A stretch of 64,000 nucleotides of DNA, from NCBI GenBank assembly GCA_964276515.1, contig OZ193909.1, forward strand, positions 13,144,001-13,208,000. Reading direction: 5' to 3'. This document shows, in pieces, positions 52,869 to 64,000 of this stretch (positions are counted from its first letter, which is position 1; every line of letters begins with the position of its first letter). The notes under the pieces are model-generated. The model searched no databases. It saw nothing but the letters and a program-made list of their open reading frames with translations, and was not told the DNA's origin. The position numbers were made by a program, and so were the translations under genes. This DNA is from Gordius albopunctatus (taxonomy: Eukaryota).

Positions 52869-53148
52869 CAGCCGCGTAGCCAGGAATTTCTCAAGGAGGA
52901 AGAAAAATTCAAAAAAATTTTCGAAACTTTTATTTATTGTGTAACAAAATCAAACTTCGGATACAATATATGCGAAACCTCAAGGCGCTATATAACCAGC
53001 TTTGTAAAAATCTCTTCTCTGCATTAATCAGACCATTTACTACCGATTTTATACCTTAAAAAAGGACATGGAGGTTAAAAAAAATTTTTCAAATTTTGGC
53101 CAAAGGGGCAGTAAATTCCCGCTTTCTGCCCCCTTGGCTACGCGCCTG
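52869..53148. mobile_element. hAT MITE related to 7931-8899
   Basis: Same TIR family; TSD ACTTGAAC. Confidence 0.85.
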
Positions 53149-54516
53149 ACTTGAACGCATTGTGTCAATTTGAGCATGACGCTTTTGTATTATGTAGCAA
53201 TGGAAGAGCTCCATAAATATAAATATTTCAAATTTCTATCATTTACATGAAAGTAGGTAGGGAAATAACTTGGGGACGGATGGCGAAATCAAGTTTCTTA
53301 ACTCTTTTCAAATTATCATATAGAATCAAATAAAAAAGTAGCAAAATAATACATTATCTAAAAAATTTCAGCCCGAATTGCCTGAATCCTATCATCGTGC
53401 CCGCCCGAAAAAAATTTGTTGGGGCAGGGGGCCGGGCAATCTGGTCTCTGATTTGCAGGGCTCTTTCTACATTTGCTTAGGCAGATGTTATTAAAATATC
53501 AATCTTCTAGACATATCGCAAGCATTAAATACTCTAGAATTGCAAAGTTAAAACAAATCAAAACTAATTTTGGTGGTAAAACATAAGTTTTTTAATTTTT
53601 AAGGGTTTTTGCATTGAAATTTTTTTGTCATTTAGAAAAGGGGGGAGAGGGGTGGCCAGACAATCACAAAGTGAGACCACGTTAAGATGGGAATAAGTAG
53701 GATTGCAATTAGTAAGGGGCAATAATGATTTACGGAGGGGCAAAATGATAATTTTTTTGTAGTTTTAGTCGTAATTATATTAACTAGAAGTATTTTGGAT
53801 TTAGAAGAGGGCAGCCGCCCCTCCCTGCCCCACCCTCTGGCTACGGCAATGTGTTTAATATTCATTAGTTGCAAATTTATAACAGATGAAAATCCAATTT
53901 AATTATGCTTTTAATTGAAATATGTGCTTATTTTTAACATATAACCTATAGTTTTTTGCCACGTATAGGCTTTTTACTTCTAATTGTAAAAATAATTGTA
54001 AATTGTTTAATAACTATACGCATTTAATATCTTTCGGTATAGTTGTAATTTTATAAAAGGGATAAATATCTTAACAATTATAATTTGATTATGTGGGCGA
54101 AATGGTAAGTTGAAGACCTCTTAATTATGCTTTTTTATTATTACCATAATAAAATTTATTATTAACTCTTTTTATTAATTTAAAAATATTCTAAATTATA
54201 AATAAAAAGTAATATAATGATTTTATCTAGGAATGGAGCAAAATAGAAAAAATAAGGACAACTTAAAACGATGAAATTTTAGTTATTTGACCATTAATGT
54301 TTTACTGTATAATTAATTAAATATTAATCAATATGAAAATATATCGTCAATAGATACAAATTTATAACCGTTTAAAAATCTAAGATGTTTTTACAGATAA
54401 ATTACCGTTAAAATTTCATTTTTGCGGCCTCAGCTTTTATCTTAAATTTATTGATGTAAATTTTAAACAAATTGCCAAACTATCACCTAAAGAATTTATT
54501 GCCTTAATTCTTAGGT

Positions 54517-55187
54517 GAGTGGTTCTTAACCTTTTTATATACGCGGTCCCCCATTTTTTTCATAATAATTTATATTTGTTAAATTATCTATAATATATTG
54601 ATTTTCTATTATTGTTTCATTTTATTATATAATAAACATAAAACACAACTTTATTATTTCATTATATATTTAAATAACATAAAAAGCATTCATTTATAAT
54701 AAAAAATATATGCATTCTGAAATATATTTAATGAGATTTCTGCTGCGGAACATCATCAACCAATTTGTTAATTCTTGGTTCAATTGATTGTAATGCTATC
54801 CTCATGCAGGAATCTAGTCACAATCGATTGCGTTCTTTTTTACTTTTTATATCCACCATAGTTGAGAAGCCTTTTTCACAATTAATATGTACTAGCGAAA
54901 GGCAGCAAATTTTGCATTGCTGCTGAAAATAATGGAGGATATTCTGCACGATCCAAAATTGCGGCAAACTTTTAGTTTTAAACAAAGATTTTAAATTACA
55001 ATCATTTATTAATTCTAATAATGAATCTTCATCATCTGATGATAAATTGGTATTTTTATAATTGTTGTTTGGATCTTGAATCCAGAAGCTTTTCTCAATA
55101 TTTTTATTATATTCTAAAATTTTTTGCATAATTTGGCGGCCCCCGGCAAACTTCTCACCGCCCCCCCCCCCCGGTAAAGAATCACTG
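54517..55187 (-). mobile_element. hAT (Charlie/Buster-like) deletion derivative
   Basis: Degenerate (C)AGTGGTTCTTAACC-type TIRs; CEKGFSTMVDIKSK..RNRL C-terminus. Confidence 0.75.
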
Positions 55188-58100
55188 CTTTAGGTGTTAC
55201 TTACAATTTTAACACACTATTTGCCTGTTAACCTTGCCTATAAATTGTAAACTTATGGCAAAATATAGACTTTGATAGCTCAAACGAAGCGCAAAGATTT
55301 AATTAATATATATAAATGTAGGATTTCAGACATGGGCGTAGTAGCCCGGAGGGGGGCGCGACGCCAAAAAATTTTCAATACATAAACCCTTAAAAAAATA
55401 TTAATTAAACTTAAACAATTTTTGCCCCCCCCCCAAAAAAACTTAGCATGGGCGTAGCCAAGGGGGGGGGGCAGGGAGGGGCGGCTGCCCCCTCTAAATC
55501 CAAAAATTTGTTGTTATTAAAATTCTGGCTAAATTTTCAAAAAATATTCATTTTGCCCCTCCCTAAAGGCTACGCCTATGTATGATCAGATATGAATTCT
55601 TTATAATTTTAAAATTGCAGCGGGTTAAATTTCTGCGTCATATTGACCCGTAAAAACCAACTGCTAAGGGTTGAGAGATGATTTTGTGGTTTTTCTTCGT
55701 ATTGCACATAATTGGCAGGCGGTTATGATGATTGACACATGGAACATCAAATTTTAGATCAAAGTTTGCAAATGTTGAATGAAAAACAAAACAAAAACTA
55801 AGTTAGACATTGCCACGTTTATTTATTTAATTAGTTAAAAAAACACGATTTTAGCTAAGGAAATGTAGAGGAGCAGATGCCCTCGTCTAAAATCAAAAAA
55901 ATATTAATTAAACGTTTATATAAATAGTATAAAATCATAATTTCGCCCGTTCCTAAATAATTGCCAATCTTTTTTCCCCCTTTAATTTAATACGTAGTAG
56001 TTACAATGTATAAATTTGAATAGAATTTGAACGTTGGCCATATTGAAACGTTAATGAGACGGATGCAATTATAAATTTGAAAGCTATTTAATCAACAACC
56101 CAGCGACAATTAAAATATTTTGCAAGCTTTGAATTAATACTCCTATTTTTTGTAGTGTTTTGCAACAACTGTTTTTGTTCCATTTTAATTAATTTTGGAC
56201 CTAATATTTATTACGGTGCCCTTTTTGTGTGATTGCGAAAAAATGTTATACAAATTATTTAGATACATTTTTGCAATTTTGTATCACTAGGGGTAGTGTA
56301 GCTGCAAGCATTATCCGTTTAAATGTAACCCTAAAATGTTGTAAAATCCTTTTTTAAGATTAACGTTAATTGCCAAACATTGAAAATAATATTCCACTTG
56401 CAGTTTCCTGTTAAATAAATTAACGAAGCAACACTAGGTATCACATCCTTGTTCCAAGAAATAAATGTTAAAATTTGGAGAGCTCTATAAATTGCCCTAA
56501 AGCGAATAGATTAGAAAAAATTCTGCCCGTGCAAAAAGGATCAGTATGAATTCGCGTTTATAATGTAACATCATAACTTAGCAGCACAAGCGCATAAAAC
56601 ACATCAATCAAACGCGCGCATTCTCATGTGTGACCTTATTTTTTGGAAAGAAAAAATTATTTTGGGGCAAGGGGCAGCCTAAAATCACCCCTCAAGAATT
56701 CAGACACAAGGCATGATATTATAGAATGTAAGGGCCTAGAGCGCCACCCCTGCCTATCACATTCAGTAAAGCCTTATCTAAATATTATAAGCGCTGTTGA
56801 TGCTTATTTACCGGAAGAAGGAAGTAAGCTTGCAATATAGGAGGGGGGGCCTAGCCTGCCCGCCAATATTAAATGGGAGGGAATAAAAATGGGCGAGGGG
56901 GTAAAAGCTTTTAAACAGACACCTGGGGCAAGAAAATGCAATAGTGTAAATAAAAGTATATGATATTTATTTAGAGGTAGCAAGCTGGATTTGGGGGGTA
57001 GTAGAGACGCAAATATATACAACACATCTATTTGCTTTACCCCAGCCCTCTGATAATTTGGTAGGGCCCTTTATTGGCACCACTGTGATTTTGGGCGCGT
57101 CTTCTTTAAACGATTGCCTAAATTTGGAAACTTGTAAAGGTGTTTGAAATTGTAAAATATAATTTACTAAATTAGAGAATTCTATGTTATAATAAAATTA
57201 ACGAGATAGTTGAAATAATGTGTAAGGTTTAATGGATAAAATTTACTTGCCAGCCCATTTGAGGAAGTGGTACAATTTTGAGGGGGCTTTCTGAAAACCC
57301 ATTTAATTTATTTTTTATAGTAAGGTATCCATAATGTCGATGAAAGGGTATAGCCGTATCGTAACGTGGCAGTATTAGAGAGTAGCTTTGACTTTTACTA
57401 ATATCATCTATATACAGCCCGTTGCGACAAAGCTCAACCCATACATTCACTCTCTCACCCAGTAAAACTTGTAGGATGCTTTACTCTGCCATTCAATTTC
57501 TCCCTAAAAAGATTACTTGTTCACAATTATAAGGAAAACGATGTGATTTCATTGAAATAAACCACTTACTTGGCCACTCGCTCCAATGTCAAGGATAAAA
57601 GAAATACGTAGCAATGATAGAATCCGGGGTAAACAGACGCGGGCGTCGTATAAAAGCGAAAGAGGGAAAAGTTAACAGCGAAGTCGAATTAAAAATTACG
57701 TTATAATTAACATGTTGAGCATTAAGAAAGAAACTATTTAATTCCAATAAAAAACAATTTAATATACACACATACAAAACACTACATATGCACACACTAG
57801 TTATAACAAATAACAGGGATAATTTCGTTAGGGCGAAGAGGAAGGGGTGGTGAAGGAGCAGGGATAGGGGATGAGGAAGGGGGTGGGAATTAATCGGCAG
57901 AATGAGTAAGCCTACCTCCGCCCGTCGGAAAAGCCCGAGCGCAGAGAGCTCGTTAACGTGTCATCGCATTATTGGAAGATATATATATATGTAAACGCAC
58001 ACGCAGTAATCTAACACCCCCCCCCACCCCCTTTATACATTTGTTGCCAGCGGGCGACCCTCCAAAAATTAAGCAGTCGAACATGACAAAGGAAAAAATA

Positions 58101-59973
58101 ACAGGCAATACTTTATAAAACTAAAATTAAGAAGCAGCCAAAATGTAGGGCTAAAAAATTTTTAGTGGGATTAGCAATCAGAGGGGGGGGCGAGGGCTTA
58201 TAAATTAAATGGACGAGTAGCTTTTTGATTGGGAGATAGGGTGAGGGTGTTTAAGGAAAACGATTGGCGCCAATTAAAACCCAACAAAAACAACACAAGG
58301 GTGGACAACAATCATAGCGGGTATGAGGCTATATTTGATTCGTCATCATGCAATGTCAAAACATAAATAATAATTATTATTATTATCAATGTTTTTTCCT
58401 AAAAATGGTGGGCTAGGCTAGGAGGTAAGATTTGCTATGATGTCTGACCCCTACCCATCCATGCCGCCTCGCTTAGCATAATATTATACATCGTGTGAGG
58501 TCCTGTCGTCTCTTTTACCCTCTCCACCCCCCCCCCTCTCTTAATTCCTTTCAATGCTAGTATGCCAATGGGTGATAGAGGGCAAACGAATATGGAGGAA
58601 TGCACGCTATGTGGACTACTAAATATTTGCCCGTTGGAAAGAGCAATTATAGTTTGAACTTGTTCAAGTTTTTTAAATTTTATTAATAAAATGCTTTTTA
58701 AAAGTTAATATTTAATAAAGAAAAAAAGGCTGAAAATATAAAAAAGAACGGTTATGGTAAATGTATGTTACCAAAAAAGCTCCGAGACATAAAACGGAGG
58801 GGCGAGAGTCATAATGAATTTGGGGGGGGGATACACATAACACATGCCAGACATAGTTGAGAATAAGCTAAGAAAGTGTGTTGTATATCGCGTAAATAAA
58901 ATGTACGATACAAAATTGCCGATTCAGTATTAAGTATTTCCACAAAAAAGCTCACTTTGTTCCTTTGTGTTGGATAACGTAAAATATTTGCTTCAAATAA
59001 TGTAGAGATATAAATTACCCAAACAAATTTTAAGTTATGATGGAACTTTCAATGTCAAGGGTATTATTAAATTAAGCGGAGGAGCATGACAAGTAAGCCA
59101 ACACGACATGAGTTGAAAATTTATAAAGGTCGAATAAATTGGTAGGGGGGGGGGATGTCGATATATAATTATCGCTGATTCATGTACCTAGATGGCGTTT
59201 TTTTTTGGGGGGGGGGGTAAACCCAGCAGTTAAAATCAGGGTGAGTAAGGATATCTCGCCCTCCTATCAGCACACTCGCCCTTTTTTTATTCGTTCGTGT
59301 TTTATCGATTATTTACACTTGGCAATACGACTCATCTAAACTTGGGTCGTCGACGCGATTGATAATGACAAATGCCAATTTTTACACAATTACTAACTTA
59401 ATAAGGAAAGGTAGAAGAGCCAAGATCTACAAATTTCATCAAATAAATTAAATCAAATATAGTTACTGGAAGATGCTTCTTTTTCTACCAAATATTTGTT
59501 TTAAAATATCAAACATTAGAAATAATTTTTTACGTCATATTTTTTAGAATTATTGTCCGTTATTTCCTTATATTAGCTGACGTAATAAATTTCGGACTTG
59601 GGATGAATTATACGGTTGAAGGAGAAAGTTCTGCGATGATAAAGGGGGGGGGGCGATGCGAGTCATTTTTCTAATTTTAAACATACTTAATTTTTTTTAT
59701 TTTATTCATAAAATATATTTAATATTTTTTATTGAAGGAGGTACAGATACCCTTCAATGCCTCCTCCTTGTTGCGCCTTTTATAATTAAGCTTTAAAAAG
59801 AATATTTTATAAAAATATTGGTTTTTAGAGTATTTTCAATTTCAAAATTTTCATTAAATAGTGATAAGTGCAGATACTCAATACCTTAACGAAATTTACC
59901 ATATGACCCAATTATTGGGTTCTTCGATATTAAATCTTTATGCTCATCATGATAAACTAAACCAACCCATTTC

Positions 59974-60089
59974 CATAAGCGTAGCCGGGGCGGGGGGCGG
60001 TTTTTCCAATGAAAAGAGCCTTAAAAATTAAAAAAATTTATGTTTTGCCTCACCCCCCCCCCCTAATCCAAAACCTGGCTACGCCCATG
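59974..60089. mobile_element. hAT-type MITE
   Basis: Degenerate family TIRs; TSD CCCATTTC. Confidence 0.75.
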
Positions 60090-60765
60090 CCCATTTCCAA
60101 TAAGAAAGAACTGATGTCGAAGTTTTTTTAATTGTCAGAAAAAGCTTTTCAATGCATAAAAAATTAAAAACGCGCATTTTAAAAATTTATTTTGAGATTC
60201 TTGCCGCTTTTATGGGCCATTTGTTATATCGTAACTATTTGTTATATTCGACTTTTTATGATTTGATTCTCTAAATCAACATTTTAAAAAGCTTCTAGGT
60301 ACATGATGAAAAAAATATTTATTTTAATGTTAATAACTTTAATATATCTATTGTATACCATTATTAGAAAAGCTTTATTTATGGAGTAATTTACATCTAT
60401 CCAACTGAAATAATGTAAATCAAAGAAATTAAAAACGCGTGAATAATAAAAAAAGTTAAAAAACATGATATTCACCAGTTTATCTTTATTTTAAAAACGG
60501 ATAAATCGAGCAAAAATTGTATTTCATTTTTTTAAGACTACTATACTATATGTTCATATGTATGATGAGGGTATATAATTTATCCAAAATATTTTTTTAG
60601 AGTAATCTAACTCCTTGTAAACAATAATTATTTTGGTTAAATTGAAAACTTCCAAAAAATTTAATCTGTAGGAATTTAATTTTTTATGAAATAATTAAAT
60701 TATATAATATAAAAACATTCGGGAAAAACGTGAAGATAGAAAATTGATTATACTTGAGGCACGAT

Positions 60766-61116
60766 CATGGGCGTAGGCAGGGGGGGGCAGGGGGGGGCGG
60801 CCCCCCCCCCCTGAATGAGAATTTTTCTATTTTTTAATGTAAATTTATGTAAAAATTGGAAAAAATTAGTGTTTCGCCCCCCCCTGATTGAAATTAAGTT
60901 TTATGTTGAAAATTTTATTTCACGAACTTTTGACGCAAATTTAAATTATTATTGAGATTAGTAGTTGCGTTTGTGTTAGTTCCTTCATACATCGTTTACA
61001 TATCCTCTGTACACTGTACTGTTGATTAATAATGAGTTTTTATGTGGGTTGAGGCCAAAGAATAGCAAAATATTTTAATTACTAACGTTAAATACCAAAA
61101 AAAGGTCTTGGCGACC

Positions 61117-61147
<31 letters not shown>

Positions 61148-61218
61148 CTCACTTAGTCTCGGCGATTTTTATTTTTTTTGCTCGCCCCCCCCTGATCCGA
61201 AAGCTGGCTACGCCCATG
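60766..61218. mobile_element. hAT-type MITE
   Basis: TIR CATGGGCGTAG; TSD GGCACGAT. Confidence 0.85.
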
Positions 61219-64000
61219 GGCACGATATTCTAGTGTATTAATTAATTTATAAACTTTTACATATCGCTTCAACTTTATAATTTGATTTGTTTTTGATGAA
61301 ATTAAATATAGTATATACGGATAAAATTTTGCTTTATTCCTCTGTAGCTATTTTATCACCTTTATTTAATGATATGTGTAAATTATTCATTCATACTTTC
61401 TAGTACTTTAAAATTAAATTTATGGCGATATAAAGTGTCAACAGTTTCCTGCAAATGACATTTACCATCGGAGAGCTACGCTTGCCGCGACGTAAAGATA
61501 TCAATAATGTACTTAGTTGCATTTTAATCACAATATTTCTTTAATTTACTATAATTCATAAATTCGATATATCATCGAAATTTGAATTTAAGGCCGAAAA
61601 ATGAATAAAAATTCATAAAATTTTAGACGAGTTATAATAAGAGGATAGCTACGACTCCCTGCCAAGCCCTAGCCTTGTTAGATGTTTGTTTCCTTATTTT
61701 ACTTGTTTTTTTTAACAGATATCAAATTTATATCCCTTGTTTTTCAAAAAATTTCATTCTTGCGACATTAAAATATCTCATGGTCACGTTTATAGAATCT
61801 TGATCCTTTGGTTTTTGCTTAAATTATTATAATAGTTTATTAAATGAGCATTTGCAGCTGCCCCTGGCCACCCCTCTTATGTCATTTATTTGAAAAATCA
61901 TGGTTAGCCAAAAATTATCATTTTGACTCAACAACGTGAAGTGGGCAGCCCTATAATTCCAAAAATTCTTATAAATTTAATTTAACTAACCGTTAAAATT
62001 AAAATAATAATCATTAACTTGCCTATCACTTAATTTATTAACCCCCTCAGCCCTCCTAATTAAAAATAGGCTGATCCTATTTAAGATAATTTTATCCAAG
62101 TTAGGAATGCTTTTCATTCGTATCATCATTCATTACAAGTAGCATGTTAGTATTTAAAGTTCATTATGTCTATAATAAATGATGATAGGGGCAAAGCAAT
62201 TTAATCCTCATAAATATGGGCTAAATTCCATTCGACCCATTCCCCCAGGTAAATCCTTTGAAAAAATGAATAAATGTTAATGTTGATCACCCACCCAAGT
62301 AGGTAAAATTAAACTTTGTGATTTTAAAAAGTCAATAAAATTGCTCGTACGATTCTATTTAATGTCCCAAAAGGGGGTGTTGAGTACATAGTGCATCAAA
62401 GGGAAGGAGCGGATTAACTTCCCCACAAATAAAATAGATTTATAAAATCATGATAGAGTTTTTCATTGTGGTGAACAGGAAATATACACGTCAAGTTGAA
62501 ATATTTGCTGTCTAAGTTGCTAAAAACAGCATTTTGTTCGTGTTTACCGTGAAAAACTCTACCAGAATCTGCAAACAGTTTGGCGCTTGATTTTTTTTTG
62601 TTGAACCGTGTAAAAACTTAAACCATTATATTTTAAACAAGAGTTTTTCCGGTTTTAACTATTGTAGAGTAATTTACTGCAAAGCATAAAAATTTCTACC
62701 GCCAAATAGTTCTTATTTTTTGAAAAACATTGCCATGAAAGCAAAGGAGGCGTGCTTTGAAGATTGCTCGATCTTTAGCTTTCCAAATGTTCAAATTGTA
62801 GCCTTAAGATTATTAATTATTTTGGTTCCTAAGAATTTTTAATACCTTTGATAATGATTGGTAAAGATGATTCTTACAGAAATTATAAGTATTTCAAATA
62901 AGTTGCCATAGGCTTCTATGATGACCAAAGATTTTCCAAGGAACATAAGCACTTAACTCCCCCGCAGTGTAAAATCGCATAATTTTTAATAATCCTGCTT
63001 CTTTATTTAATACACTACAACTGAATTTCAGGCAATAGGAACTTCAAAAATTTTTTAAATTGCTTCAAATAAATTAAATCTCAGTTTGACATAAAAAACA
63101 TTAATCGTATTATTCAGGCCTTCATATTTGATAGATATAATACCGATTTAGTTAATTCCAACTAAATTATTAACTTGCATCAAGTATTACAAAGATTTTA
63201 AATTATTCAGATCCGTTACAGATTGTATGCAAAAATTGAGTGAAAAACTTGAAGGTCCTACGCCTAGTTGATGTTGATAGAATTGTCCATTTAATCCAAA
63301 AAGTTAAGTCGAAGTTTTATTTAACAAATTACATCAAATAAATATGGACAATAATTTTTAAAGTTCAGGTATCTTTGTAACTGGGAAAATATAATAATTT
63401 AAATATGAAAGCTACATAGGTGACGAAAGCAATGCCGACATAATATAGTTATCTCATGTATTTTAAAATTAGCTACCAAATAAAGCTGTTAATTTGTCTA
63501 AAAAATGTAATCTGAATTCTGGTCTATTTAGCGCCATCGAAGTATTTGGAGTCATTTTTATCATATATTTCATACTTTTTTTACAATTTATATTAAATAT
63601 TGTTAATAGTAGGATTTGAAGGTTAGTTTATGTAGTAGTAAGAGAAGAGTTATAAAATACGTTGCTCTAATATTTTGTTCTATTGTATGAATCTAGCAAT
63701 AAAAATAAATTTTTTCATCATTCTGACTAACTACGTTTTTGCAAAAAAGGCATCAATTAAAAAACACAAAATTGCACTAAAATAAGTTATTTACGAGGCC
63801 TTAGTCAGAGTTTGGATTCGACCCAATAAAGCGGAGGGTACAATTTTATTCAAAAATTGCTATTAATACATGTCGAGCGTTTTGAATTCTTCCCATTCTA
63901 GTACAACTGCTAGTTTTAAGAAATCGCGTTTTAATTTTCACTTTATATCATCACTCGCTTTTAGCTCCATCATATCAAGTAACAAGTTACAATTAGATAC

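Larger units (their letters stand above)
50800..53450 (-). mobile_element. hAT element of the same family as 48148-49594, with nested insertions
   Basis: Ends CAGAGGTCAGA/TCTGGTCTCTG; TSD ATTTGTAG/ATTTGCAG. Confidence 0.65.

Noticed and set aside
61390..61512. Short minus-strand ORF with RRGKR (neuropeptide-like cleavage site)
   Set aside because: About 40 codons with no signal peptide or repeated peptide; consistent with chance.

Overview
AT-rich eukaryotic (metazoan-like) genomic DNA with GT-AG introns, many transposon remnants and one 200-N gap (26756-26955). I cannot identify the host. Two host genes can be built by hand. One is a 14-exon mitochondrial ABC half-transporter ABCB7/Atm1 (minus strand, 11376-36266, about 690 aa). 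The other is a convergent 3-exon TANGO2/NRDE-family gene (plus strand, 9568-10880, about 323 aa). Bases 1-5093 are a near-identical tandem copy of 10691-15783. The main finding lies in ABCB7 intron 9: an insertion of about 9.3 kb as assembled, flanked by a ~515-bp direct repeat. It carries an endogenous negative-strand RNA virus RdRp with the Qinviridae-type IDD motif C, joined to a Ty3/gypsy RNase H-integrase. This unit is arranged as an inverted repeat with ~2.5-kb arms and a ~0.5-kb loop, so the ABCB7 pre-mRNA could fold into long virus-derived dsRNA. The same event fused an intact integrase core in frame to a duplicated ABCB7 exon-9 end and its splice donor. The rest (36.7-64 kb) holds nested hAT elements, Helitrons, MITEs, RTE fragments and a DIRS/HEART-like RT-RNase H relic. 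Family assignments come from motif recognition only; no database search was run.
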